A DNA stretch of 63,999 nt, the filler included, from Octopus bimaculoides (lineage: Eukaryota): assembly GCF_001194135.2 (NCBI RefSeq). It is 5 parts of 5 records of this genome, joined end to end, with 100 filler letters (N's around TTAATTAATTAA, not from the genome) between each part and the next. Parts side by side here need not be neighbours in the genome. Positions count along the whole stretch, not along the records: positions 1 to 30,603 come from NC_068993.1; positions 30,704 to 54,777 come from NC_068991.1; 3 more parts are not named here. The stretch is one strand, 5' to 3'. This document shows positions 24,371 to 36,217 of the stretch, piece by piece. The translations under genes and the position numbers were made by a program. The notes below the pieces were generated by a model. It saw only the letters and a program-made list of their open reading frames with translations, was not told the DNA's origin and made no database searches. Positions within the stretch are counted from its first letter, which is position 1; each line of letters begins with the position of its first letter.

Positions 24371-26291
24371 GTCTTTGCACAGCTTCTAATGCTGGTGATG
24401 TACTACGGTGTCAGCTGTTCACTTCCAGTGAACCAAAGTAACACCCCTTCTTTTTCGATCACCATCCAGAGAATTCAAGTGGTTCCAAACAGTGCTGTTT
24501 TCTACAAGTGATCCACCCTTATTTCAGCCCCTATTTGTTCTGTGTACTTCTCAAGATTTTTACTCACTGTTCCAAGGGCTCCAACAATTATTGGTACTAC
24601 TACCAACTTTTTCAGCGACCACAACTGCTCAACCTCCCAAGCTAACCTGTCATATCTATCGACGTTTCTTTCTTCCGTATCGCATAACTTGTTGTTATTT
24701 GGACATGCTATATCTATGATCCAGCATTGTTTGCTTTCTTCCTCAATTAACACTATGTCTGGTTTCCTATTCTCTATCTGATGGTCGCACTGAATCATAA
24801 AATCTCATAGGATCTTTGCAATATCATTTTTGCTGATGCTTTCGGGTTTATGTTCATGCTAGTCTTTGGCTCTGTTAAGTCCATACTTGTAAATAAGAGT
24901 CCAATGGGCAATCTTTGCTATGTTGTCATGGCGTCTCTTATATTCTTTCTGGTACATTGACTGGTAATATGCCGTACGGTTTCACCATTTTGTTCACATA
25001 TTATGTACTTATCGCTTTCTGATGTGTTTTGACTATTCTGTATTTGATATAATTCGTTCTTAATGCTTGCTCTTGGGAAGCACAGATTAGAGCCTCCATT
25101 TCCGGTTTTAGATCTCTTTAAATCATCCATAGCCATCTCTTTCCTCTGTACGCTTTAACTTCAACATCGCTATGAAATTGTTCAAACATTCTTTTCTTAA
25201 TCCACCTATTTTCTGTTTCATTCATTCTGAAGTGCTTGTACAGTGCTTTATCTTTGCAATCTTCCATCCTACACAGACCTGAGCTCCTTCATTAATAGCG
25301 GTTCTGTGGCATTTTTTACGTACCATATTATATTGTTTTCTTCTGCTCTAATGTTGTGTTCCCATCCAGTCATTCCTCTTCACCCTCTTTTTCTTGATAC
25401 ATACAGTTTGTCTGCGTCATTTTCTGGGTGGAGTATCCCATATGTAGTCAGCAACTTCCGTGTCTTTCTGTCTAAGCTGTTTGGTTCCTCTACTGTCCAT
25501 GCGACTATGCCTGCCTCATATCTAAGGAGTGAAGCCACCCACGTGTTGATAGCTTTGGTCTTATTCCGTCCGTTTAATTTCGACTTAAGGATCAGTCTCA
25601 GTCTGCGCAAGTACTCCACCTTACATTTTTCCGTCATTTCTTTCTCCATCAATTTATCCATTTCCAATATCCCCAAGGGCTTATTATTGTCTTTGCACAG
25701 CTTCTAATGCTGGAGATGTACTACCATCTCTTCTATTTGCGTTATAGCCTCCCCCGACGGTATCGCTAGCCCATCCATACATTTAATTGTGCCTCTCTTC
25801 AAGACTAACACACCATACTTTTTCAGTCTGAAGTCCATTCTGATATCAACACTGAAAGTATACACCGTATCAACGAGGGAACTGACTTGGGATTCATCTT
25901 TACCATAAAGTTTGAGGTCGTCCATGAATAACAAGTGGCTCACTTTTCGTTGGCAGCTCTTGAATACATACTCAGCCTTTGCTTTCCTCAGAATCAGTGT
26001 TAGTGGCATCATGCACAGTACAAAGATCAGTGGGGACGTGCAATCCCCTTTGAAGATGCCTCTCCTGATTTCTATTGTCCCTAAACTTCTTCCATTTGCT
26101 GTCAGTTCCGTCCTCCAATTAGCCATACTTTTTCAAAGCAATCGCCCAACATTCGATGCAACACCATATAGGTTCATACATTCCAGAATCCAAGAATTTG
26201 GGATCACATCATATGCCTTACGATAATCGATTCGTGACATGGCTAAGTTAGTTTTCCTCCTCTTGCAGTCTCTAAGTACAGTTTTATTTAC

Positions 26292-26292
<1 letters not shown>
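24371..26292 (-). mobile_element. R4/Dong-type fragment 3 (5'-truncated; RT, Zn-knuckle remnant, RLE)
   Basis: IDYRKAYDVIP, RRGIFKGDCTSPLIF, HLLFMDDLKLY, LGILE, ADKLYVSRKRG, ASQEQALRTN, RRHDNIAK, RKPDIVLIEEESKQCWIIDIACP..RYDRL..VVVPIIVGALG. Confidence 0.95.

Positions 26293-26352
<60 letters not shown>
26293..26352. repeat. (TTA)n tract, tail of fragment 2
   Basis: Pure ATT run. Confidence 0.97.
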
Positions 26353-27335
26353 GTTCATATGCATACAAAAGTTTAGACTGATGGAAAAGAAAAATTCCTA
26401 ACATCGGGCTAGAGCAAGCAATCTTAGATGACAAGAACCTTCTAAGTATGCTAGCTCTCTCTAATAACACTGTTTTCTGGAGCTGTACTAAACTGGATTT
26501 TATGCCTATTTCCTCTATCCGTTTGTTCAAATCTTTAGGGTTAGTTCCTAATGTACATACAACTATTGTGATACATTTTACCCGCACTTTTCATAATCTC
26601 TGTAATCTAATCGCTAGCTCCTGGTACATTGCTATTTTCTATATACCTCTCATTTTGATTTTCGCATCATTCAGGACTGTACAATCAATTAATTATCTGG
26701 AACTTTCTATTCTCTTTATCTACTACTACTAAATCAAGCATTCTAGCTTCTATTACTCTGTTAGCCTGAATGTTAAAATCCAACAACATATTATATTACT
26801 TACTTTCTATTACTTTACTAGGTCCATGTTCATACCATTTATCAGTATGGTCAAATCCTAGCTTTCTACATAACTGCCAATGGATTAATCTCCCTAGGTT
26901 GTCATATCTTTCTTGTATTCTTTCTGTGCCAGCATGTTACGTTCACTTACTGTATGAGTAACGCTTTCCTCTTTTGATTTGCAAAACCTACATTGGGAGT
27001 CTACTTGGTTTTTATCTATTTTGACTTTATTTAGTTTTNNNNNNNNNNATAACCTACATTGGGAGTCTACTTGGTTTTTATCTATTTTGACTTTATTTAG
27101 TTCTTAATGCTTGATCATATGCAGCTACTAACAAACTTTCTGCCTCCCTTTTCAGCCTTCCTTTCTTCAACCAAAACCAAGTCTCACTACTACTATTTAC
27201 TGCAACTATCTTTGGGAATCTAACATGCCATGCCTTCTTCTGCTAGTCAGATAACTTTTTTCTTTTTTCTGGTTTTTAACTTCATTTGGCTTTTTGGTTT
27301 TCCTATGACCTGTTGTGACTCTAGCAGCTTTTAAT
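26353..27335 (-). mobile_element. R4/Dong-type fragment 2 (Zn knuckle + RLE + short 3'UTR)
   Basis: ETWFWLKKGRLKREAESLLVAAYDQALRT, QCRFCKSKEESVTH, LIHWQLCRKLG, DFNIQANRVIEARMLDLVVVDKEN, LQKTVLLERASILRRFL. Confidence 0.9.
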
Positions 27336-29450
27336 CTTTTGTATTCGTTTGACATCAGCACAGGATATCCCGAAACTTGATGGTCTATTGATACATTACA
27401 TATGTTGCAGAATCTGGATTTAGGGTCAGTACCGTTTTGAAGAACGTTTGCCTGGTAATTTCTGTAAGCAACCTTTGATCTTGAACCTTCCGTCTCCGCT
27501 TCAACCCGGAACTTGTCAACCACTGATGGGTTGTTGCTTGGTCATTATCAGCATTTCAACTACGAAGAATATATTTTTCATGCAGAGGCCTCTGGTTCAA
27601 CCGTTTCTCAGTTTGTTTCTGCACGGTCTTTTTTACAGTCTGCTTAATTCATTTTAAATTCTTGGTAACACTGGTTTCAAGTTCTTCATCTAATTCAGGG
27701 TTAATGCGAATTTATATACTTCTTCTATGTTCGTACACAAGTCACAGCATCCTGTCCTCTGTACTAGATAAGTACCAGTTCATTCCTATAGTGGACCTCT
27801 TAAAGCACAGTTCCAATTACATCATCCGTCTTTCCCCACTGCTTCTAGGTAGGTACAGACGGTCAACATCTGCCTTAGTGAGATGCATGTTCTTAGATGT
27901 TATTAATTTTCTTGTCTACTTCTCCAAGTGTTGGCGTTCTGTAGGATTCCGGTTAATTATGTTTTAAAACTGCAGTGGACTACTGAAAGTGCCACGGTGC
28001 TATTGGTTTCAACACAATATTTAAAGTTGAGTTCAGTCTTTACGGCAAGTTTAATTCTCCTGTAGTACTTCTATCTTATTTTTTCTCCATAGTAGCATGA
28101 TATATTTCATCTCCTCCTGTTCCCAGAAACTTATCATTTTCTTGTGGGTCAAGTTCCGGTCCAGTCCAGGGGCTTTCTTTTTGTGAGACATTCTAAGAAC
28201 ACAGCTTAGCACTTCTGTTCCTATTACCTTCCATTTCTAATATTCAACTTCATCCACTCTCTCTTTCTCACGTGCTGACCAGTTAACTACAGCATTTTAC
28301 TCCATTTTCGTGCCTCCATATATTTTTTCATAACTCTTTCCCTTTCTTAATCTTAGGCTGCTCCTTTACTTCTATCTTACTTTTGCCAATTTGCCTATAA
28401 AATTTCTTTGCATCTGTTTTGAATATTTTCTCTTGATGATAACATTTGATTCTTTTATCGTATCATCTAAGCCGTTGGACCTTCAACTGTATACACTGTT
28501 TCAACAGTTCTCCGGTTTCAAGGAGGCTTATAAAATTGTTAGTTTTTTAAATATTTTTGCTTGATGTTTCTAGCTTTTTCCGTCTTAACATCTACTCTTC
28601 TAGGAAGTTCACCGAGAACTCATTCATCCACCTGCAGAGTTTCAATCTGTTTTTGTATTACTACTTTCCACTTAGCGATCTTTTGACATGCCTGGCTTTT
28701 TTCTTTGTCATCTTAATACCTCAGTGAGCAGTTACCACTTTAGCAGTGGAATAGATGAGATTATATAAGGCTGTTAGATCATTTCCCTTATCTATTAAGA
28801 TCTAAGAGCAATGTTATTTATCATGATTTTGCTGTTATTCTTTGTGCTGTTTGAAAAGTTTGGTAGCAGTTAGCTATGTCAGTAACCTCAATCTTGCTAA
28901 GTTCTCTCATAATGTGCTCTTTTGCTTCTGTAATCTTTTCTCTATTATTATTCACCTCAAAATTTCTATTATACCTATTTCGGTGTTCATGAAGTAGGTC
29001 TACGTTGTCCTCTTACACCACATTTGTTATTAGGTATTCTTTATTCAGTCTCCTCGCTGAAATTTACTGCTCGTACACTGGGTTATGTGCGTCTGTTGTC
29101 TATTTGATCTACATTGTTGCTGTTTTCATTTGGTCTACCATACGATATTTGTGTCCTAATTTGGTCAATTTCAGTGTCAGTTAGTCTTTTGTTCTTAATG
29201 ATATCTCTATATACATGACTTAATTTATTTGCATCTATATATTTTCTTACGTCATTGCCCACTAAATTTCTTCATGAAACGTATGCTTGAATAATAAGGT
29301 TATCGCTTGCGCTTAGTTGGACTATAACATTTTTTTAAACATCTCCGTAGAGATGTTTCTAGTCCATTTTATGCGTTTCTTTCTATGCGGACTTTCTAGT
29401 CCGCTTTATGCGTTTTGGTTGCGTCACTGCAGAGTTAGGGTTAGGATTGT
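27336..29450 (-). mobile_element. R4/Dong-type fragment 1 (N-terminus to Zn knuckle, RT core deleted)
   Basis: KRIKWTRN, DANKLSHVYRDIIKNKRLTD, LYNLIYSTAKVV, EKIFKTDAKKFYRQIG, KKAPGLD joined directly to ELDPQENDKFLG, KADVDRLYLPRS, THQWLTSSGL, RNYQANVLQNGTDPKSRFC. Confidence 0.88.
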
Positions 29451-30283
29451 TCTGGTTTTAGTTATTTGGTAGATCATCTTTTTGAGAGTTTGTTCCAGCA
29501 GCAGGCTTTTCGACCCCACTCTGGTTTCCCTATTGGTAATGCAGCTGTAGTTGTTCGGACAACGACCGATCTGGTGTGGGTTTTGGCCTCTTGTCATTAA
29601 AATATTGAGGGTGACATTAGTAGACAGTTCGGTTTGTTCAGAGTAAACGTTTTGACAGACCATGGCCGCCGAGTTCTTTGAATGGATATGTTTCTCATAT
29701 TGTAATCATATGTGACTTTTAGGTCGATATCTGACTCTAATTTTTTTCTTCTTTTGATAGATACATTTTCGGGCATATCTGTTTAGTGATGGTTTAAACT
29801 CAGACTAATTTTCTTCTTGTGTTCGTTCGTGGAAAATCACATGGTTTTTGTTTTGCTTTGCCTCGCTCGTGACACGTGTTTTCTTTTTGGTTCATGCGTG
29901 TATCTGTGCGCGTGTGTCGTGTAAGCATTATTCATGTTGCTTATAAATGTGTACATGTATGCGTAAACAGTTGCATGCATACGAAATTAATTAATTTACG
30001 TTCTTACTGTGCATTTGGTGCATTTTTACATGCTTCGGGTTTCGATTTTTTGCATAAGTCACATTGAGATATCGTGCATAAAGAAAAAAAGAAATTATAC
30101 TTTATATAACAATTATCTTTTGGATTTTTTTAGGTTACTTTGCTTTGAAAGAACTTTTCCCGCAGATGTATTGCGATGTTTTTCTTCGATTACACCGATG
30201 TTGCTGCGTTAAATTTGTTTTGTGAAGAGAGTTTCTTAGTGAACACCCATGCAGTTATTTTGCCCGGAGCTGTTCCTTTTGAT

Positions 30284-30320
<37 letters not shown>

Positions 30321-30555
30321 CCATTATTACTTCATTTACGCAACTGTCGGGAAACAAAACACTTAACATCTGGCAACAGCATATACAACGTGCGCTTAAT
30401 TCCCTGAGCTTGATGAGCAACAGGTTCTTACTTTAATTATAGTGAAAGAACAAAATTTTATTTTGTACACAATTGCATAATACCTTTATTATTATAACCC
30501 TAATATTCTCGTTATCCTGTAACACACATCTTCTGTATCTTTTCAGATTTTCTTT

Positions 30556-30603
<48 letters not shown>

Positions 30604-30703
30604 NNNNNNNNNNNNNNNNNNNNNNNNNNNNNNNNNNNNNNNNNNNNTTAATTAATTAANNNNNNNNNNNNNNNNNNNNNNNNNNNNNNNNNNNNNNNNN
30701 NNN
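30604..30703. other. Synthetic assembly join: 44 N + TTAATTAATTAA + 44 N
   Basis: Exactly 100 bp. The palindromic 12-mer gives stops in all six frames, and the construct is identical at four places. Confidence 0.95.
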
Positions 30704-30792
30704 GCCATCCGGTTTCACCAGTCCTCAGTCAAATCGTCCAACCCATGCTAGCATGGAAAGCGGACGTTAAACGATGATGATGATGATGATGA
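30704..30792 (+). mobile_element. Family D (local label) retroposon 3' end with (GAT)n tail
   Basis: CAGTCAAATCGTCCAACCCATGCTAGCATGGAAAGCGGACGTTAAACGATGATGAT, the same tail as at 32318, 53438 and 54230. Confidence 0.85.
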
Positions 30793-30912
30793 TATATATA
30801 TATATATATTAAATATATATTTTTTAACCAAAAAATTTGGTAAAAAATATAGTATCTGTTAACAATCTTAGCAAAAAACTCACAAATCAATTTTGAGCTC
30901 TATTTAAAGTTG

Positions 30913-30943
<31 letters not shown>

Positions 30944-31050
30944 TCTAAATCTATCTACCTGTGTGTGTCTTTATGTATATCTATATGTATATATGTGTGT
31001 GTGTATGCATGTATGATCTATATCTATCTATCTCTATATAGATAGATCTA

Positions 31051-31212
31051 TGGTTACAAAGCTCAGGGCTAAAAGCAGAGAGTGAAGGTTTCATATTAGC
31101 TGCTCAAGACCAAAGCTTATTAACCCGGAACTACCAAGCCAATGTGATAAAAAATGGAGCTGACCCAAAATGCCAATTCTGTAACCATGAGATTGAAACT
31201 ATAGACCACCTA
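31051..31212 (+). mobile_element. R4/Dong-type internal fragment ending in (AAT)n
   Basis: WLQSSGLKAESEGFILAAQDQSLLTRNYQANVIKNGADPKCQFCNHEIETIDHL followed by an AAT run. Confidence 0.9.
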
Positions 31213-31619
31213 ATAATAATAATAATAATAGAAGTGCCCCTTTAGTCTGTTATAGCTTTCTCTACATATTTGTGGCTTTGTAAGAATGAGAGAATTTATT
31301 ATTATTATTATTATTATGTTGTTTTTTTCTTCTTTCTTCAAATTTTCTTCCATTTCTCGCTGAGTGTTTTCCATACACCTAGGGAAGAGAAGCTCATTGT
31401 ATGCATTCCCAGTTTACACACGCAAATTCAGAGGTAAAATGTCATGCTAAGCATAAACAGTCAAAATGTTGAAATCCCAAAATTATGAAAGAATGCTTAA
31501 TTCAAAATATTGTGAATAAATAAATATTACATTTGAGAGAGTAATCTGAATGCTAAATGGTTAATCATTTAACTTATCCATGCTCCAAAATACGAATTCA
31601 TGCTCTGTGCCAATAATCC

Positions 31620-31832
31620 TTTCTATAATAAGCACAAGGCCTGAAATTTTAGAGGGAGAGGTGGGGGCTAGTTGATTACATTGATGCCAGTGTTTAACTG
31701 GTACCTGTGTCATCGACCCTGAAAGATTTAGAGGCAAAGTCAATCTCGGTAGAACTTCAACTAACAGCATAAAGTTGGATGAAGTGCTGCTAAGCATTTT
31801 GTCTAGAATGCTAATGGCTCTGCCAACTCACC
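31620..31832 (-). mobile_element. SINE family C
   Basis: ATAAGCACAAGGCCTGAAATTT..GTCATCGACCCTGAAAGATTTAGAGGCAAAGTCAATCTCGG..GCTCTGCCAACTCACC. Confidence 0.8.
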
Positions 31833-31859
31833 AGGCCAATAATGGAAGCATTGAACCAA

Positions 31860-32318
31860 ATTCGATGACTGGCACCTGTACCAGTTGAGCACTAAGAGCA
31901 CCATCTGAGCGTGATCATTGCCAGAGCAGCTGTCTGGCTCCCATGCCAGTGGCATGTAAATAGCACCATTTGAGCGTGATCATTACCAGCGTCGCCTTAC
32001 TTGCATGTGAAAAAACATTCGAGCGAGGTTGTTGCCATTGCCACTGGACTGGCTCCTGTGCAGGTGGCACGTAAAAAACACCATTTTGAGCATGGCTGTT
32101 GCCAGTACCGCCTGACTGGCCCTCATGCCGGTGGAACGTAAAAGCACCCACTACACTTTCGGAGTGGTTGGTGTTAGGAAGAGCATCCAGCTGTAGAAAC
32201 TCTGCCAGATCAGATTGGAGCCTGGTGTAGCCATCTGGTTCATCAGTCCTCAGTCAAATCGTCCAGCCCATGCTACTAGCATGGAAGGCGGACGTTAAAC
32301 GATGATGATGATGATGAA
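31860..32318 (+). mobile_element. Family D retroposon with internal ~55-60 bp tandem subrepeats
   Basis: Repeated GCCAG..CTGGCTCC..GGTGGCA(C/T)GTAAA..CACC units, then the GGAAG(A/G)GCATCCAGCTGTAGAAAC..GATGATGAT tail. Confidence 0.85.
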
Positions 32319-32905
32319 GTATAATGGCTGTGAGATTGAATAATACAGGAATAGCCATCTATGCATCATACTTAATGTATACACATTGTCAATGGGTCAG
32401 TTACTTTGGTATTGATCCTGAGATCTTGCAGATGTGCTTTTATGGATGATAAAGAGAATCAAACCCATACAGGTGTTGATTGCCAAAAGAATAGAATGCA
32501 AAGCTGACCCCATCAAGACTTAAAACCAGAACATAGAGAACTAGAATCTTAATTCCAAACCAGTCTAGCTGATGTCTCTAGTGACTCTGTCAATCGGATA
32601 CTTATAAATACATGTGTGTGTGTGTGTGTGTGTGCATGTGTGTGTTTGTGCATGCGTACATATGCGTGCATGCATACACATGTGTGTGTGTGTTTGTATT
32701 TTATTTAATCAGCAGAAATTACAGTTTTGCGTATTGGCACTCATCAAACTTATCGAACTTTGATAAGCGCTAATGCACGAAGCTATCAGCCCTTAAGTCA
32801 CTACGTAACTTTTGCTGATTGAATAAAATATTTATGTATATATATTCAGTGATATTTTATATTCTTTTTTCTCTTTTGTATTATCTTACACACATATACA
32901 TGCAA

Positions 32906-32958
<53 letters not shown>

Positions 32959-33198
32959 NNNNNNNNNNNNNNNNNNNNNNNNNNNNNNNNNNNNNNNNNN
33001 NNNNNNNNNNNNNNNNNNNNNNNNNNNNNNNNNNNNNNNNNNNNNNNNNNNNNNNNNNNNNNNNNNNNNNNNNNNNNNNNNNNNNNNNNNNNNNNNNNNN
33101 NNNNNNNNNNNNNNNNNNNNNNNNNNNNNNNNNNNNNNNNNNNNNNNNNNNNNNNNNNNNNNNNNNNNNNNNNNNNNNNNNNNNNNNNNNNNNNNNNN

Positions 33199-33243
<45 letters not shown>

Positions 33244-33289
33244 TATATTTATGTGTATAAATGTGTCAGTGTGCGTGTGTGTACATGTG

Positions 33290-33330
<41 letters not shown>

Positions 33331-33794
33331 GAGTGTGTGTGAAAACCTGCTGCCTGCGGACAGTTGGACAATACACTGATTGATATAAATTGTAAATAAA
33401 GGTTAAGTGTTTGATCAATATTGACTAGTGTATTGATGAGTACCATAAATCAAGATGTAAAAATCTCCAGTTGAAGACAGTTCAAGACAGTTCAGTGTAT
33501 TTCCGTCAGCAATGACCAAGATAAAATAAAATGCGAGAACAGCAGAACAACAATAACAAATGTATAAAAGGCGAAACCGGTGTCGATCACTGTATTAATA
33601 TTGTCATCTGACACCTTTTGCACTCAATGTCTTCTTCATTGCTTTAATTACAATAAAACCTTCCACAGTTAAATAAAGTCCCTGGAGGAGAATTAACAGA
33701 TGTTATAATCAGAAAAGTGCTTCCGTGGACAGAATCTAACAATGTATTCTTTTGGTTTATGCTGTCAGTGAAAATAAAAGTAATGATTATTAAT

Positions 33795-33962
33795 GCTATT
33801 TTAACACCAGCTAAGCTTTGATCCATCAGATCAATGGTTTAATCTCTTCCAATCATGACCATTTTTCTGACATCTATGTTTTTAAACAGTAGATTTAGTG
33901 ATGTGAGGAGATTAGGTTGCTATTTCTAACAGGTTGAGCAATTACTTTGTGGCTTCCTCGTT
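33795..33962 (+). repeat. Interspersed repeat family F (local label)
   Basis: ..TGACCAT..GCTATTTCTAACAGGTTGAGC, shared with 58215-58425 (..GCTATTTCTAGCCGGTCGAGC). Confidence 0.5.
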
Positions 33963-34131
33963 GGATAATAAATAACAATGATTTCTAACATTGGCACAAA
34001 TTCGTCTTACTGATAAAGTTAACCCCACTATATGACTGGTATGTATTTTGTTGACTCTGGATATAGTAAAAGCAAGGAGAGCCTCAAAAAGATTTAAACT
34101 GGAAACTAATAACAACAACAAAAACAATAAC

Positions 34132-34197
<66 letters not shown>

Positions 34198-34198
<1 letters not shown>

Positions 34199-34631
34199 GG
34201 GCTATAGCAAATATTCTGCTCAATACCACAGATTTGTTTGACCTTAACTAGTAGTGGCTGACAATATGTGCAACTTTGATCATGAGCAGAAGTAGTGGGG
34301 AAACATCATAGCCATGTGTTGAGAGGAATTATTTGGGGTTTGGATAATTCACCTTTGGAAACATGGGTATTTTTTTCAACATCTTTAAACAAACCTTATT
34401 CAGAGACCTTTTGAGCAGGATGGGCTACTTGACCTGAAGAAAATTCTAACTGAGCCCCACCTGCAAGGTTATGCGCTGTTTATCTTGATATGAGATCACC
34501 ATGTCACGCACATATGGTTGTTTTGCATGTGCCTGGTGTACCCTTATCAGACAAGTAATCATGAAGGGTATATTGGGCTTCATATATTTTACCACAGTGT
34601 CACTTTGATGGCATGCACTGCTCTCTCACTC
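34198..34631 (+). mobile_element. Family E retroposon flanked on both sides by (AAT)n
   Basis: The (AAT)n tract 34110-34197 precedes it and AATAATAAT follows ..CTCTCTCACTC. Homologous to 9021-9478. Confidence 0.85.
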
Positions 34632-34757
34632 AATAATAATAATAATAATAATAATATTAATAATTAGTAATGTCACCTTAGTATGCTGGCTGTGGGCAGC
34701 TGACACTTTCCATCATACCCAGCAAAATGAGCTGTGAGCTTTCATTATATAATAATA

Positions 34758-34791
<34 letters not shown>

Positions 34792-35257
34792 ATAATAATA
34801 ATAATGATAAATTCTCTCATTCTTACAAAGCCACAAATACGTAGAGAAAGCTATAAGAGACTAGAGGGGCACTTCCATGAGTTGAATCTTTTATTTGTAG
34901 ATGTTCCAGTAGTCCTGATTACATACAAATACTACAAACTTTTCAATACACATAATGTTAAGTTAGCTATTCTTTCCTAGAACACATCATTCTAGCATTG
35001 CTTGCAGCACTACAGCATCTTACTTGTAATTACTAAAATTAAGCTTCTTACTACAGAGTGATTCTATCTGTCCAAAGCTGTGATGTACAGAGTTGCACAC
35101 TACTAGATGGAATAATACAATTACAATAGATGATATAATCATCATTTACATTTCTTTAGTTCTAGAGACAAAGTAAATTCCACTGTTATATTTGGCAAGT
35201 TAGACCCCAAAAACTATTTATTTTGAAAGTGAACATATTTTGTCTGTTTTTACATTT

Positions 35258-35515
35258 ATCATCGTTTAACGTCTGCTTTCCATGCTGGCATGGGTTGGAC
35301 GGTTTGACTGAGGACTAGTGAGCCAGAGGCTGCACAAGGCTCAATCTGATTTGGCAAAGTTTCTACAGCTGGATGCCCTTCCTAACACCAACCATTCTGA
35401 GAGTGTAGTGGGTACTTTTACGTGCCACTGACACAAGGGCCAGTCAGGTGGTTCTAGCAACGACCACGCTCAAAAGGTATTTTTATGTGCTACCTGCATG
35501 GGAGCTAGTTTGGTG
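35258..35515 (-). mobile_element. Family D retroposon
   Basis: ATCATCGTTTAACGTCTGCTTTCCATGCTGGCATGGGTTGGACGG is the reverse of the D tail. Confidence 0.85.
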
Positions 35516-35521
35516 GCACTG

Positions 35522-35640
35522 GCGAGGTCAACTTTGCTTTTCATCCTTTTAGAAGGGTCAATAAATTGCATACTGGGTTCAATCTAATAGACTAGCCCCC
35601 TCCCAAAAAATTTCAGGCCTTGTGCTAGAGTAGAAAAGTA
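35522..35640 (+). mobile_element. SINE family C 3' half
   Basis: GAGGTCAACTTTGCTTTTCATCCTTTT..AAATTTCAGGCCTTGTGC. Confidence 0.7.
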
Positions 35641-35997
35641 TATATTCAGTGCATTTTATCCACTACACATCCGACAGTAGCATTGAACCACCAAACAGAA
35701 CTAAGCAGTGTCACAACACCAAAACAATGGACGACGAAGAAGATGACAGCAAACATCCTAAGCAGGTAACCCCAAGAAACATGATGGCAGCCAACTGATC
35801 CAACAATACCTCATATAAACTTTGAACTATGTTGGTGTAAACATCACTTCTTTGTGTGTTTGTAGTAATGACAACATTTAGTTTGTTAAGGATGAAAATG
35901 AATATTTTTGCATTTAAAATTTTCGAATAGATTTTTTTGTGTTCTTTATCTTAACACACTACAAAATAATTAATATTTATAAAATAAGCAATTTACT

Positions 35998-35998
35998 T

Positions 35999-36061
<63 letters not shown>

Positions 36062-36077
36062 AACCACCACCACGACC

Positions 36078-36109
<32 letters not shown>

Positions 36110-36131
36110 CACCACGACCACTACTACTACA

Positions 36132-36172
<41 letters not shown>

Positions 36173-36217
36173 CACCACAACCACCACCACGACCACTACT
36201 ACTACAACTACTACTAC
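35998..36217. repeat. Compound (CTA)n/(CAC)n microsatellite with higher-order duplication
   Basis: Alternating CTA and CAC blocks with recurrent marker variants CACAAC, CACGAC and TACAAC. It runs into a gap. Confidence 0.9.

Noticed and set aside
26985-27102. 52-bp direct duplication inside R4 fragment 2
   Set aside because: The two copies sit either side of a 10-N gap and are near-identical, so this is most likely unmerged contig overlap.
30648-30659. TTAATTAATTAA as a biological site (homeodomain or PacI-like motif)
   Set aside because: It is always centred in exactly 44+44 N at four places, so it is a synthetic linker.
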